Source: Syntrophales bacterium (GTDB lineage: Bacteria; Desulfobacterota; Syntrophia; Syntrophales; UBA2210). Taken from it: a DNA stretch of 64,000 nt. The notes beneath the pieces are model-generated. The model saw nothing but the letters and a program-made list of their open reading frames with translations, was not told the DNA's origin and did no database searches. Of this stretch, positions 1-11,070 are shown piece after piece; position 1 is the stretch's first letter, and each line of letters begins with the position of its first letter. The position numbers and the translations under genes are program-made. The stretch lies in the NCBI GenBank assembly GCA_963662405.2, contig CAXXKT010000002.1, positions 6,578-70,577 on the forward strand, given 5' to 3'.

Positions 1-355
1 CCAAGAGGTGGAGGACCCCATGGATCATCAGGTAATCGATCTCATCATGGAGGGATAGATCTCCGCCTTTCGCGTCGCGCAGGGCCGTTTCCGCCGATAT
101 GACGATATCTCCGAGCAGGGGGGCGTTAATATCGCCGAACTCCCCTTCGTTCATGGAGAAGGCGATAACATTTGTCGGGTAATCCCGCCCCAAATATTCC
201 CGGTTGATACCGGAAATTATTTCATCGTCGACAATGGTCAGGCTGACCTCCCGGTTTTCCTCCCCGAGGGCTTTGAGAATCAAGCCCAGTGAGCGTTTGA
301 TTTGCACCAGATCAATCTCGATCGTTTGTTGTCTGTTAGTTGCCAAGATATTCAT
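1..355 (-). CDS. ybeY: rRNA maturation endoribonuclease YbeY (C-terminus cut by window edge)
   Basis: Minus-strand ORF from ATG at 355. Translation MNILATNRQQTIEIDL...DYLMIHGVLHLLG ends in the YbeY HGxLHLxG metal-binding motif. It follows phoH and the HD membrane gene, as in the conserved cluster. Confidence 0.85.
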   Translation of the reverse strand, partial: MNILATNRQQTIEIDLVQIKRSLGLILKALGEENREVSLTIVDDEIISGINREYLGRDYPTNVIAFSMNEGEFGDINAPLLGDIVISAETALRDAKGGDLSLHDEIDYLMIHGVLHLL

Positions 356-371
356 ATATATACCCTATCTC

Positions 372-2642
372 TCATGTCGAAGACTGATGGTATTCTATCC
401 GACGGTGAAAAATGCCGGTCAGTATCCGTGTAAATGTTTCGGCAATCTTTCTGAGATCGCGAAACGTCAACTCTGAGTCGTCAAGCTGCCCTTCTTCCAC
501 GACCTGTTGGATTCGGGTATTGACCAGGTTTTTTATCCGAGCGGGAGTCGGATTGGTCAATGTTCGTGACGATGCTTCTATGATATCTCCCAGAAGGACG
601 AGACCGGCCTCTTTCTTCTGAGGTTTTGGCCCGGGATATCGAAAGTCATCCTCGAGGATTGGCTGCCCGGAGGTCGTCTTGGTTTGTTTTTTTGCTTTTT
701 CGTAAAAGTAGGTTACGAGGCCCGTGCCATGATGTTGCCGTATGATATCAGTTATTGCTTTCCCGAGATTATGCTCCTTGGCCAGTTCACACCCATCCTT
801 GACGTGAGAGATAATAACGAGACTGCTCATCTGAGGAGATAAATCATCATGGCGGTTTTTCCAGTTTGGTTGATTTTCTATGAAATAGAGAGGTTTTTTG
901 ATTTTACCGATATCATGGTAATAGGCACTAACCTTCGCCAGGAGTGAATTTGCCCCGATTTCCTCAGCCGCCGCTTCAACGAGAGAGGCAACGATAACGC
1001 TGTGATGATAAGTGCCCGGCGCCGTCATAAGGAGTTCCTGAAAGATCGGTTGGTTGAGGTTTGCGAGTTCCATGAGCTTGATATCGGTCATATAACCGAA
1101 GAGGAATTCAAAGAGAGGAACGAGACCGGATACAATAAATCCCGACAAAAGGCCACCAAGGATTCCCATGACCAGTTGTATCGGGGTCTCAATTGACAAG
1201 GGGCTTCCGGAAAGCAAAGAGAGACAGAGGATAGCCCCCATATTAACCATCCCCACGACCAGCCCTGTTTTTAAAAAGGCCGAGCGCCGTTCGCAGCGGA
1301 TGATGAAGTGTGCCGCGATTACGCTTCCCACGAGGGAAAACAGGAACATCGGTGTTTTCCCGTCAAAGATGAAAGTCGCCATAATTGAGGAAAAGACCGC
1401 GAATATCAAACCTTCATTTCTCCCGATAAGGATGGCGACGAGCATTGCCCCCATGGTGAAAGGTATGGCATATAAACAAGGAGATGCGGGAATAAGCTGA
1501 TAACTCCGATCTATTGAGTCGCAGATGAATATCCCCGCCTTGACCAGGATCACTTGAAGGATAATCACAATACCCATAAACAGGATGTCCGTCACCACCG
1601 TCTTCGTCGAGCGAAAGCGCACACTGGCCATTCGGTAAAAGATGACCGATAGGAGTACTATCGTCAGAAAAATTCCCGAGAAGACAGAGGCACTGATCAA
1701 ACGGCTCCCTTCTTTTCCTTGGTAAAACGCATCCAGTTTATCAAGCTCGACCGGGGTAATCTTTTCTCCTGCTCGAATGATCATCTCGTTCTTCTGAACT
1801 TCGTACAGGACCGGCTTAATCTGGTCGGAAACCGCTTGTTTCCTCTTTTCTGTAGCATTATTGGCGAAGGTGAGATTGGGGCGCATGGTCTTTTGTGCTA
1901 ATGAGAGAAGGAGCTTGTCCGGCTTATGGGTGTTGAACAAGGCCGCCGCGTTTTTTCGGAGACGATCACTGACCTGCTCTCGGTACAGGACGGATGTTAT
2001 GTCCTTCAGCTCTCGTTCCTCCTGATTTCGTATTTCCCGTATTGTTATGCCCCTTTCCCTGTGAAGATCCAAGGCATCCTTATCGCCGATCAAGACATCA
2101 CCGTATGTGCAATAGATAAGGCGCACTATATGGGTACATAGATCAATCGGGAAGCCTCGTCTGGAAAGCTCGACAAATTCGCTGTTGGTTAAAGATATGC
2201 CGGATGCATCTTCGAAGGTTTTCTTTGCCTTTTCGCCGGACTCTTTTCCCATGGCGATCGCGGGATTCTTTGGATGGTACCCATCCACGGCGAGAAATGC
2301 CTTCGAGAGGGCAATGCCGATCTTTGCGGGCATGTCACTGTCAAAGTCATAGATGGCCTGCGTTGCTTCTATGGCGGCATTTCTCTTCTGTTCCGTTGAT
2401 GCCCGGTCAATCACGAGGAAATTGCGATCCGCCTGGATGTCCTTTGTTATGATCATTCCCACCTCATATGCCGGCGGTGCGATATGGAGGATCTGGGGAT
2501 AGAGTATGAGGGTGAGAATAAGCCCGACACCGATCGCTATGCCGCTTTTCTCGGAAAAGAGATCGCTTAGGAAACGATCCATCCACTTGCGACGCGGATC
2601 TCCGTTGGTGGTTCCATTCTGAGGGGGTGTTTTGGTAGCCAT
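372..2642 (-). CDS. 7TM-HD membrane phosphohydrolase (PgpH/YqfF-like HDIG protein)
   Basis: 756-aa ORF with a large N-terminal extracytoplasmic part and a multi-pass membrane block. It then carries the HD/HDIG motif (HHSVIVASLVEAAAEEIG...YYHDIGK). It sits between phoH and ybeY. Confidence 0.85.
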   Translation of the reverse strand: MATKTPPQNGTTNGDPRRKWMDRFLSDLFSEKSGIAIGVGLILTLILYPQILHIAPPAYEVGMIITKDIQADRNFLVIDRASTEQKRNAAIEATQAIYDFDSDMPAKIGIALSKAFLAVDGYHPKNPAIAMGKESGEKAKKTFEDASGISLTNSEFVELSRRGFPIDLCTHIVRLIYCTYGDVLIGDKDALDLHRERGITIREIRNQEERELKDITSVLYREQVSDRLRKNAAALFNTHKPDKLLLSLAQKTMRPNLTFANNATEKRKQAVSDQIKPVLYEVQKNEMIIRAGEKITPVELDKLDAFYQGKEGSRLISASVFSGIFLTIVLLSVIFYRMASVRFRSTKTVVTDILFMGIVIILQVILVKAGIFICDSIDRSYQLIPASPCLYAIPFTMGAMLVAILIGRNEGLIFAVFSSIMATFIFDGKTPMFLFSLVGSVIAAHFIIRCERRSAFLKTGLVVGMVNMGAILCLSLLSGSPLSIETPIQLVMGILGGLLSGFIVSGLVPLFEFLFGYMTDIKLMELANLNQPIFQELLMTAPGTYHHSVIVASLVEAAAEEIGANSLLAKVSAYYHDIGKIKKPLYFIENQPNWKNRHDDLSPQMSSLVIISHVKDGCELAKEHNLGKAITDIIRQHHGTGLVTYFYEKAKKQTKTTSGQPILEDDFRYPGPKPQKKEAGLVLLGDIIEASSRTLTNPTPARIKNLVNTRIQQVVEEGQLDDSELTFRDLRKIAETFTRILTGIFHRRIEYHQSST

Positions 2643-2657
2643 GGGTTCGTGTAATGG

Positions 2658-3653
2658 TTACTTTGCGCCCATCGGTTCTCTGCCGCCGAGATGGTTGTAG
2701 GCACGTATAATCGCCTGGACGAGACGGTGTCTTACCACATCTATCTCTGAAAAGTAAACAAAACGAATATCCTCGATTCCCTGTAAGAGAGATTCCACCT
2801 CTACAAGCCCCGATATCCTGTCGGGGGGGAGGTCGGTCTGGGTCACATCCCCGGTTATAACGGCCTTTGAACCGAATCCGAGCCGTGTGAGAAACATCTT
2901 CATTTGTTCTGAAGAGGTGTTCTGCGCCTCATCCAGGATAACGAAGGCATCATTCAGGGTTCTCCCCCTCATAAAGGCGAGAGGGGCTACTTCAATGATA
3001 CCTTTCTCGATTAATGCAGAGGCCCTTCCAAAATCCATCATGTCGTACAGGGCATCGTACACCGGTCTCAGATAGGGATTAACTTTTTCAGAAAGGTCGC
3101 CCGGCAGGAACCCCAGCCGTTCTCCCGCTTCCACCGCGGGTCTTGTCAGGATAATCCGGCTCACGCTCTTTTCGAGGAGCGCTCCGACCGCCATGGCCAT
3201 GGCGAGATATGTCTTCCCGGTCCCTGCGGGTCCTATTCCGAATACAATATCATAATCTCGCATGGAATCGATATACTGCTTTTGAGCGATACTCTTTGGC
3301 GTGATGACCCTCTTTTTCGTGGAAATGAAGACGGTATCGAGAAATATCGCCTCCAAGTCGGCAGAATGGTTTCTCGATAAGATACGATGTGCGTAATCGA
3401 TGTCGTTTGAATAGACGGGATAGCCCTTTTCAATAAGACCATACAGCTGCGACAGGAGGTTCTTGATAAGGGTGCAGTCGTGCACACCTCCCGATATGGA
3501 TATCGTGGATCCTCTGGTATTGAGTTTCACCCGTCCCAGTTTCTCGACGACCTTGCGATTCTTGTCCTGCTCTCCAAGAAGAGTCTTCAGCTTATCATTG
3601 TCCGGGAAGTGTATCTTGGTGACGGAGAGATCTTGAGGGTTTCTTTTCTCCAA
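2658..3653 (-). CDS. phoH: PhoH-like ATPase
   Basis: 331 aa with Walker A GPAGTGKTYLAMAMAV, ILDEAQN, and VITGDVTQTDLP typical of the PhoH/YbeZ family. Confidence 0.9.
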   Translation of the reverse strand: MEKRNPQDLSVTKIHFPDNDKLKTLLGEQDKNRKVVEKLGRVKLNTRGSTISISGGVHDCTLIKNLLSQLYGLIEKGYPVYSNDIDYAHRILSRNHSADLEAIFLDTVFISTKKRVITPKSIAQKQYIDSMRDYDIVFGIGPAGTGKTYLAMAMAVGALLEKSVSRIILTRPAVEAGERLGFLPGDLSEKVNPYLRPVYDALYDMMDFGRASALIEKGIIEVAPLAFMRGRTLNDAFVILDEAQNTSSEQMKMFLTRLGFGSKAVITGDVTQTDLPPDRISGLVEVESLLQGIEDIRFVYFSEIDVVRHRLVQAIIRAYNHLGGREPMGAK

Positions 3654-3828
3654 ATAGCGTATAACCTACCCACGTAGTGACCTCCTTATACCATACCTTC
3701 ACACGATCGCCAACAGCTATTGTTTTTTTCAATCCCTCATATGGTTCGTTTAAACGGTTGACAGGGATACCCGATTTACACCACAATAACAGCTGGTGCT
3801 GAATTTCCAAGAAAGGGAGGCCCGTACA

Positions 3829-4974
3829 ATGAAAACAAAATCCTGGAAGATTTACAATCCCGGGGGAGACAAACGGGTGATTGTCACCAAGACACTACCG
3901 GGAGCGAAATGGATCGACCTCCTCACGCGGGCGGGTTGTCAGGTCGACGTCTGTACGTCTCCGAATGCCCTGAACGGAGATGAAATACTCTCTGCCATCG
4001 GGAACCGCTGTGATGGCGCAATCGGGCAGCTGACGGAGATGTGGGGGGAAGAATTATTTTCGGCCCTCCAGCGGGCCGGTGGAAAGGTGTACGGTAATTA
4101 TGCCGTGGGGTATAACAATGTGGACGTTGATGCCGCGACGCGCCATCACATCTGTGTCGGAAACACGCCCGGTGTCTTGACGGAGACAACCGCCGAGATG
4201 GCTGTTGCCCTTACCTTCGCAGCGGCCCGACGGGTTATCGAGGCCGATCGATTTATGCGCCAAGGACGATTTGAGGGATGGCTTCCAACCCTGTTTCTCG
4301 GACGGCTTCTCTATCGGGGAACCGTCGGTATCATCGGTGCGGGACGTATCGGTGTATCCTATGCACGCATGATGGTCGAGGGACACAAGATGGATCTCGT
4401 CTATTATGACCCGGTCAGAAATGAAAGACTCGAAGAATATGTAGCCGCCTATGCCGACCTTCTCGTTTCACATGGAAAAGGGCCGGTCACATGCACACGG
4501 GCCGAAACGCCGGAAGCACTGCTCCAGACCGCTGATGTCGTGAGCCTTCACCCGGTGCTGGATGCACATACTCACCATTTTATCGATGCCCGGCGCCTGA
4601 GGCTCATGAAAAAAAATGCCATTCTGATCAATGCGGGGAGGGGGGCGCTGATCGATGAGGAGGCCCTCGTCGCTCATTGTCGCAACAATCCGGACTTTCG
4701 TGTGGGGCTCGATGTCTTCGAAGACGAACCCGATTTGAAACCGGGCCTCCGTGAGCTTGATAATGTCGTCATGACCCCCCATCTCGGTTCGGCGACCAGT
4801 TGGACGAGAGAGGGAATGGGTGTCCTTGCGGCGAGAAATGTGACTGGGGTATTGAAGGGTTATCCGGGTTGGGAGAGGGAGGACATGATGCCTTTTCTGG
4901 ACAACGATCCACCGAAAGCTACGCCCAGCATCGTCAATCGGAAGGCTCTGGCAATGCCGACATATCTTCGGTGA
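3829..4974 (+). CDS. D-isomer-specific 2-hydroxyacid dehydrogenase, hydroxypyruvate/glycerate dehydrogenase-like
   Basis: Track ORF 3796..4974; the start was moved to ATG 3829, which lies behind AGGGAGG. It has NAD fold GIIGAGRIG and catalytic region NAGRGALIDE...TPHLGSAT. Confidence 0.8.
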   Translation: MKTKSWKIYNPGGDKRVIVTKTLPGAKWIDLLTRAGCQVDVCTSPNALNGDEILSAIGNRCDGAIGQLTEMWGEELFSALQRAGGKVYGNYAVGYNNVDVDAATRHHICVGNTPGVLTETTAEMAVALTFAAARRVIEADRFMRQGRFEGWLPTLFLGRLLYRGTVGIIGAGRIGVSYARMMVEGHKMDLVYYDPVRNERLEEYVAAYADLLVSHGKGPVTCTRAETPEALLQTADVVSLHPVLDAHTHHFIDARRLRLMKKNAILINAGRGALIDEEALVAHCRNNPDFRVGLDVFEDEPDLKPGLRELDNVVMTPHLGSATSWTREGMGVLAARNVTGVLKGYPGWEREDMMPFLDNDPPKATPSIVNRKALAMPTYLR

Positions 4975-5203
4975 GGCAATATGCCGGAAACCGGTGGAAA
5001 ACATTTCATTTCTTCCCGTGCTTTATCGCTCTTTTAAGGGGAGATCCGGAGAGATCCGGAGAGATCCCGTTTGTAGGGAGAGAAACCCTATCCCGGTCGC
5101 TTAAAAGGCGCGCCTTCCCGGTGTGAGCGGCATTCGCCGATTGCCCTTCGATGGTGATCATGTTATAAAAAATAGGGGTGAGATATATTGTCTTGAGGGT
5201 ACG

Positions 5204-6301
5204 ATGAACGAAACCATACAAAGAAAAAAGACGCGTCAGATCTCAGTCGGTTCGGTCCGGATCGGAGGGAATGCCCCCGTTGCCGTTCAATCAATGACCT
5301 GTACCGATACGAGAGATGTGACGGCGACAATCAATCAGATCGAGAGATTGATCGAAGCGGGATGTGAAATTGTCCGGGTGGCGATTCCCGATGAGCGGGC
5401 GGTTCAGGCCCTGCCTGATATCAAAAAGGCCATATCGATTCCAGTGGTTGCGGACATCCATTTCGACGATCGTCTTGCCATCGGTGCCATCAGGAACGGT
5501 GCCGATTGTATCCGCATCAACCCGGGAAATATAGGGCAACACAAGCTCGGGCCGATCATTCAGGAAGCAAAAGACAAAAACATATCGATTCGTATCGGGA
5601 TCAATTCGGGTTCGATCGAAAAGGATATTCTTTCACGGTATGGCGCCCCCACGACGAACGCCCTTGTTGAGAGCGCCCTGCGGAATATACGTTACTTCGA
5701 AGAGATGGGTTTTTACGAACTCAAACTCTCCGTGAAGGCCTCGGATGTTTCCACTATGATTGAAGCCAATCGTGCCCTGTCGAAGGCAACCGATTATCCA
5801 CTCCACCTCGGAGTGACCGAGGCCGGACGCCTCCTTCAATCGGCCATCAAGTCATCCATCGGTATCGGGGCCCTTCTTCAAGAGGGGATCGGCGATACTA
5901 TACGGGTCTCTATCTCGGGAGATCCCGTTGACGAGGTCGGCGTTGCATATGACATCTTGAGGGCTCTAGGTATCAGGAAAGTGGGACCTGATATCGTTTC
6001 CTGTCCTACCTGCGGACGGTGCGAGGTGGACCTCTTCCGGCTGGTCCAAGAGGTGGAAGCCAGACTTTCCGGGATGAAAGATTACCTCAAGATTGCACTG
6101 ATGGGGTGTGTCGTCAATGGGCCGGGGGAGGCCGCTGAGGCCGATATCGGCATCGCAGGGGGACGACACATGGGACTTCTTTTTAAAAAAGGAGTGGTGG
6201 TCCGTAAAGTACGGGAAGAGGAGTTCGTCGATACCTTGATGACTGAGATTGATTCCATGCTCGAAGACAGGCATAGGACGGAAAGTATAGCACCACGATA
6301 G
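5204..6301 (+). CDS. ispG: 4-hydroxy-3-methylbut-2-en-1-yl diphosphate synthase
   Basis: Start at ATG 5204 (MNETIQRKKTRQISVGSVRIGG). The GcpE-family sequence runs throughout (IVRVAIP, INPGNIG, C-terminal CPTCGRC cluster cysteines). Confidence 0.9.
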   Translation: MNETIQRKKTRQISVGSVRIGGNAPVAVQSMTCTDTRDVTATINQIERLIEAGCEIVRVAIPDERAVQALPDIKKAISIPVVADIHFDDRLAIGAIRNGADCIRINPGNIGQHKLGPIIQEAKDKNISIRIGINSGSIEKDILSRYGAPTTNALVESALRNIRYFEEMGFYELKLSVKASDVSTMIEANRALSKATDYPLHLGVTEAGRLLQSAIKSSIGIGALLQEGIGDTIRVSISGDPVDEVGVAYDILRALGIRKVGPDIVSCPTCGRCEVDLFRLVQEVEARLSGMKDYLKIALMGCVVNGPGEAAEADIGIAGGRHMGLLFKKGVVVRKVREEEFVDTLMTEIDSMLEDRHRTESIAPR

Positions 6302-6319
6302 ACACCACAAGGAGGAAAA

Positions 6320-8029
6320 ATGCGTTACTCAGAGATGTTGCTGCCGACCACCAAGGAAACTCCCTCGGATGCGGAAATTGCAAGCCACCAGCTTATGTTG
6401 CGAGCGGGGCTGATACGAAAACTGGCCGGTGGTATCTATTCTTATCTGCCCCTGGGGTATCGAGTGATTCGAAAGGTGGAGAACATTATCCGTGAAGAGA
6501 TGGACCGGGCGGGTGCCCAGGAGGTGTTTTTGCCGGCCGTTCAACCGGCCGAGCTTTGGATGGAATCGGGCCGGTGGAACATGTATGGAAAGGAATTGCT
6601 GCGGTTCAAAGACCGACACAATCGGAATTACTGCATCGGGCCGACACATGAAGAGGTCATTACGGCTCTGGTTCGCGATGAGATACAAACGTATCGCCAG
6701 CTTCCCCTGAATCTTTACCAAATTCAGACAAAATTTCGTGATGAGATACGACCGCGGTTCGGGACTATGCGATCCCGGGAATTCGGCATGAAGGATGCCT
6801 ATAGCTTTGACGCCACGGAAGAGGGGGCGGAGGACAGTTATCGTAAGATGTTCGATGCCTACAATCGTATATTCGAACGATGTGGTCTTCATTTTCGACC
6901 GGTAGAGGCGGACAGCGGCAATATCGGGGGAAGTTTCTCTCATGAATTTATGGTCACCGCCGATTCGGGAGAGGATGCAATGGTTCATTGCACCGCATGT
7001 CCCTATGCTGCAAACCTTGAAAAGGCCGAATGCTCCCGACCGGAGGGAGAAACGGTTACTGACGATGATTCTCTGCCGCTGGAGGAGGTTCACACACCTG
7101 ATGTGCGAACGATTGAAGAGGTCTGCGCATTTCTTGACGTGTCTCCGAGCGACGTGGTCAAGACGATGATATTCATGTCCGACGACACGCCCGTGGCCGC
7201 GCTGGTTCGGGGTGACGAAGAGATCAATGAAGTAAAGCTCAGAAATTACCTGAAAAGTGACCGTCTTGAACTCGCGATGGACGACACCATCCTGGAGGTG
7301 ACCGGTTCTCCCCGGGGATTCGCCGGACCTATCGGAATTAAGTGTCGTATTATCGCCGACTATTCTCTCCTCAATATCAAGAATTTCGTCGTGGGAGGAA
7401 ACCGGGAAAATTACCACATTCAAAACTGCAACACCCCCCGGGATTTCAAGATCAGTGAGTACGCGGATCTGAGGGTGATACGAGAAGGAGACGTATGCCC
7501 ACGCTGTGGCGAAACCATCCGGATTGTCAGAGGTATTGAAGTAGGACACGTTTTCAAACTGGGTCTTAAGTACAGTAAAGCGATGAAGGCAATGTTCCTT
7601 GATCGTGACGGCAAAGAGAAATACATGGTAATGGGGTGTTACGGCATAGGTGTCGGGAGAACGGTTGCCGCGTGTATCGAGCAGAGTCATGATGAAAACG
7701 GCATTATATGGCCAATGGCGATTGCGCCGTATCACGTCATTATCACGCCCGTCAACATGAACGATGAGGCGATTTCCCGGACTGCGGAAGAGCTGTATCG
7801 GGGGCTTGTCTCCGCCGGCATACAGGTTATTCTGGATGATCGGGATGAACGGGCGGGAGTCAAATTTAAAGACGCCGACCTGATAGGAATACCCCTCAGG
7901 ATCACGATCGGTTCCAAGGGGATCGCCGAAGGGGTGACGGAGGTCAAATTCAGAAAATCGGGGACGGTTGAAAAAGTCCCGATTACAGCGGTGGTCGACT
8001 ACATATCCGACATATTGGTTGACGCATGA
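6320..8029 (+). CDS. proS: prolyl-tRNA synthetase (bacterial type with insertion/editing domain)
   Basis: 569 aa. The N-terminus MRYSEMLLPTTKETPSDAEIASHQLMLRAGLIRK and class II motifs are typical of ProRS. Confidence 0.95.
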   Translation: MRYSEMLLPTTKETPSDAEIASHQLMLRAGLIRKLAGGIYSYLPLGYRVIRKVENIIREEMDRAGAQEVFLPAVQPAELWMESGRWNMYGKELLRFKDRHNRNYCIGPTHEEVITALVRDEIQTYRQLPLNLYQIQTKFRDEIRPRFGTMRSREFGMKDAYSFDATEEGAEDSYRKMFDAYNRIFERCGLHFRPVEADSGNIGGSFSHEFMVTADSGEDAMVHCTACPYAANLEKAECSRPEGETVTDDDSLPLEEVHTPDVRTIEEVCAFLDVSPSDVVKTMIFMSDDTPVAALVRGDEEINEVKLRNYLKSDRLELAMDDTILEVTGSPRGFAGPIGIKCRIIADYSLLNIKNFVVGGNRENYHIQNCNTPRDFKISEYADLRVIREGDVCPRCGETIRIVRGIEVGHVFKLGLKYSKAMKAMFLDRDGKEKYMVMGCYGIGVGRTVAACIEQSHDENGIIWPMAIAPYHVIITPVNMNDEAISRTAEELYRGLVSAGIQVILDDRDERAGVKFKDADLIGIPLRITIGSKGIAEGVTEVKFRKSGTVEKVPITAVVDYISDILVDA

Positions 8030-8116
8030 TACGGCTCACATAAGCCCGATTCGCATACGAGCACAGTCTGTACAGAATGGATCCCCACCGCTGGCGCGAT
8101 AATTGAGAAGTAACGT

Positions 8117-10324
8117 ATGATACGGATAACCGACATATTGGAGGAAGCCCAGCAGTATCTCTCACGAAAAGATCTTGAGATGTTGGAAAAGGCTTATATC
8201 TTTTCAGCGTCCGTCCACCATGGACAACTTCGGCTGTCGGGGGAACCGTATCTCATTCATCCCCTTGAGGTGACGGGTATGATGGTGGGGATGAGACTTG
8301 ACGCCGCCACCTTGATTACCTGTCTCCTTCATGACACAGTGGAAGACACACTAGCGACCATCGAGCAGATAGAAGAGGCCTTCGGCAATGATGTCGCCTT
8401 TCTCGTAAACGGCCTGACCAAGATCAGCAAGATAACCTTTGGTGATCAACTGGAACGTCAGGCGGAAAACTTCAGGAAGATGATCCTGGCGATGTCTTCC
8501 GATATCAGGATCCTTTTGGTGAAACTGGCCGATCGGCTTCACAACATGCGCACACTCGACTTTCAACCACCGGACAGGCAGGTATTTATTGCGCAAGAGA
8601 CCCTCGAGGTCTATGCCCCGCTGGCAGCCCGTCTGGGCATCAACTGGATAAAAGATGAACTGGAGGACCTGTCGCTGAAATATCTCCACCCGGAGGGATA
8701 CTCTGAACTGGCCGAACGGATCGACATGAAAAAAGGAGAGCGTGACCGCTACACGGAGGAGATAAAGAACATCATCTGGGAAAAGATAGAAAGCTTTGGC
8801 ATCAAGGGAGAAGTCAGGGGAAGATCAAAACATTTTTACAGCATCTTCAAAAAGATGCACGAGCAGCGCATCAATTTCGATGAGGTCTATGATCTGACGG
8901 CATTCCGAATCATTCTCGCTTCGGACGAAGAGAGGAAATGCTATGAGGTGCTCAGCGTGATTCACGCCCTCTGGAAACCCGTTCCCGGACGGTTCAAGGA
9001 CTTCATCGCCATGCCGAAGGCAAACAACTATCGTTCCCTGCATACAACGGTGATCGGCCCCTATGGCGAGCGGGTGGAGATACAGATACGTACAAAGGAG
9101 ATGGATGAATGGGCGGAGAAAGGGATAGCCGCTCACTGGAAGTACAAGGAAGGGAAAACCTTTTCCACCGGGGATGAAGACCAGATCAACCAACTCAGGG
9201 AACTTCTCGACATGCAGAAAGATCACAAGGATGCCAGGGAGTTTATGAAGAATTTGAAGCTGGCACTCTACCCCGATGAGGTCTATGTCTTTACCCCCCA
9301 TGGTGACGTCAAATCCTTTCCGAAAGGCGCTACCCCGATCGATTTTGCCTACAGCGTCCATACCGATGTAGGGAACCAATGTATCGGGGCGAAGGTGAAT
9401 CGTAGCATCGTACCCCTGAAATACAAGCTCCAGAACGGAGATACCGTGGAAGTCATGACACAAACCGGCCATTATCCGAGCAAGGATTGGCTCAAATATG
9501 CGGTGACTTCACGGGCCTTATCAAAAATTAAACAGTGGATCAAAACGGAAGAGCGTGACAAGAGCATCGCCCTCGGACGTGATATCCTCGAAAAGGAATT
9601 GAAACGGCATCACCTCAAATTCGGCCAGTTGGTTAAGGCCAATGAATTTAGTACCATATTGGAGGAGAATTCACTCCCTACCGTGAACGATATGCTAGCC
9701 CTCATCGGGTATGGAAAGCTTTCGGCCCGGTATGTAACCAACCAGTTGCTGCATGAAGAAGAGGAGCAGCACGAAGAAAAAAGGGGGATTCTGGATAGGG
9801 TCAGGGATAGATTCAAGAAGGCTCCCTCCGATGCCGGAATCTCCATTACCGGGATCGATAACGTCATGGTGCGGTATGCAAAGTGCTGTAGTCCTCTTCC
9901 CGGCGATGACATCGTCGGCTGTGTGACGAGAGGGAGGGGAATCACCGTTCACATGGCCAACTGTCCCCGTATACAGGACATGGATCCCGAGAGAATTATC
10001 GAGGCCCAGTGGAATGTGGATGAGAAACAGACTTTCTCGGTCGGTGTCAGGGCAACCTGCAGGGACAAGAAAGGGCTCCTGTCGGAGCTGAGCAATGTCA
10101 TATATTCTCTGGGCATCAACACGACATACGTCAATGTCGATGCAACCCCGGGTAATTATGCGATCTGCAATTTTCAATTGGACGTCAAAGACCTGAAACA
10201 ACTCAATCTGGTTATCTCAGAGCTTCACAAACTCAAGAGTGTTTCATCCGTTGAAAGGATGCACGAATCGTTTTCTCCGAAAGGAAGGGATAAAATACGC
10301 GAATCTATTGACACACGGCACTGA
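8117..10324 (+). CDS. spoT: bifunctional (p)ppGpp synthetase/hydrolase (RelA/SpoT homolog)
   Basis: 735 aa with HD hydrolase (HPLEV, LLHDTVEDT) and synthetase core (YRSLHTTV, EIQIRT). TGS and ACT-like C-terminal regions follow. Confidence 0.95.
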   Translation: MIRITDILEEAQQYLSRKDLEMLEKAYIFSASVHHGQLRLSGEPYLIHPLEVTGMMVGMRLDAATLITCLLHDTVEDTLATIEQIEEAFGNDVAFLVNGLTKISKITFGDQLERQAENFRKMILAMSSDIRILLVKLADRLHNMRTLDFQPPDRQVFIAQETLEVYAPLAARLGINWIKDELEDLSLKYLHPEGYSELAERIDMKKGERDRYTEEIKNIIWEKIESFGIKGEVRGRSKHFYSIFKKMHEQRINFDEVYDLTAFRIILASDEERKCYEVLSVIHALWKPVPGRFKDFIAMPKANNYRSLHTTVIGPYGERVEIQIRTKEMDEWAEKGIAAHWKYKEGKTFSTGDEDQINQLRELLDMQKDHKDAREFMKNLKLALYPDEVYVFTPHGDVKSFPKGATPIDFAYSVHTDVGNQCIGAKVNRSIVPLKYKLQNGDTVEVMTQTGHYPSKDWLKYAVTSRALSKIKQWIKTEERDKSIALGRDILEKELKRHHLKFGQLVKANEFSTILEENSLPTVNDMLALIGYGKLSARYVTNQLLHEEEEQHEEKRGILDRVRDRFKKAPSDAGISITGIDNVMVRYAKCCSPLPGDDIVGCVTRGRGITVHMANCPRIQDMDPERIIEAQWNVDEKQTFSVGVRATCRDKKGLLSELSNVIYSLGINTTYVNVDATPGNYAICNFQLDVKDLKQLNLVISELHKLKSVSSVERMHESFSPKGRDKIRESIDTRH

Positions 10325-10371
10325 ATTGCTGTAGTAGATCTGCGCAGTGAAGGGTGGGAGGGAGACGGTAG

Positions 10372-11070
10372 ATGAACACAGGATTACAAAACATCATACG
10401 GGGGTTATTGATAGTTCTCTGGTTTGTCTCTCCCCTGTCCGCCGGAGCGGCAGAGCATATGCTGATGATAGACCCTGCTCACGGGGGGGCCGATACCGGT
10501 GTTAAACTGTCCCGAACCGTGTATGAGAAAGATATAACTCTTGCTATCGCGTTGGATATGAAGGAGCGTCTTTCCAAGACGAGCGGTATAACGATCCGCC
10601 TCACGCGGTCCGGTGATACCGATCTTACATTGGCGGAGAGGAAGAATATCCTTCGACAATCAAATGCGGATCTCGGGATCAGTCTCCACGTCAATGCAGG
10701 GTTTGGGCTGAACGCTGAAGGGTACGAGGTCTACTACCTTGGGGTCACGGCACCGTCCGCTCCCGAGCATAATTCAGGAGAGATCGTCAACGATATGGCA
10801 CAGACACGATGTTTTAATAACAGTGTCCTTTTTGCCCAGATGGTACAAAAAAACATGGAACAGGTCTTCCCGCGGAAGGGGAGAGGTCTCCGGGAAGCAC
10901 CGGTACACCTCCTACAGGCGCTAGAAATGCCGGCCATTCTCTTGGAAATAGGCTTCTCGACGAAACTTGAAGAAAAGAAACAGCTACGGGAAGACGCCGT
11001 GCAGAAGGCCGTTGCAGATGCCCTGACGCACAGTGTGAAAGAATATTTTTCGATGGATGGGTCATCATGA
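10372..11070 (+). CDS. N-acetylmuramoyl-L-alanine amidase (Amidase_3)
   Basis: 232 aa with a signal peptide, [17 protein letters not shown] and LLEIGF motifs. Confidence 0.85.
   Translation: MNTGLQNIIRGLLIVLWFVSPLSAGAAEHMLMIDPAHGGADTGVKLSRTVYEKDITLAIALDMKERLSKTSGITIRLTRSGDTDLTLAERKNILRQSNADLGISLHVNAGFGLNAEGYEVYYLGVTAPSAPEHNSGEIVNDMAQTRCFNNSVLFAQMVQKNMEQVFPRKGRGLREAPVHLLQALEMPAILLEIGFSTKLEEKKQLREDAVQKAVADALTHSVKEYFSMDGSS

Noticed and set aside
6329-7735. A 468-aa minus-strand ORF antisense to proS. There are similar long antisense ORFs at 31972-33045, 34815-35819, 40739-41812, 49258-50109, 51352-52422 and 55732-56454.
   Set aside because: Each lies entirely inside, and opposite to, a gene with clear family motifs. 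Their translations are Arg/Pro/Gly-rich and low in complexity, with no motifs, which is typical of shadow ORFs in GC-rich coding DNA.
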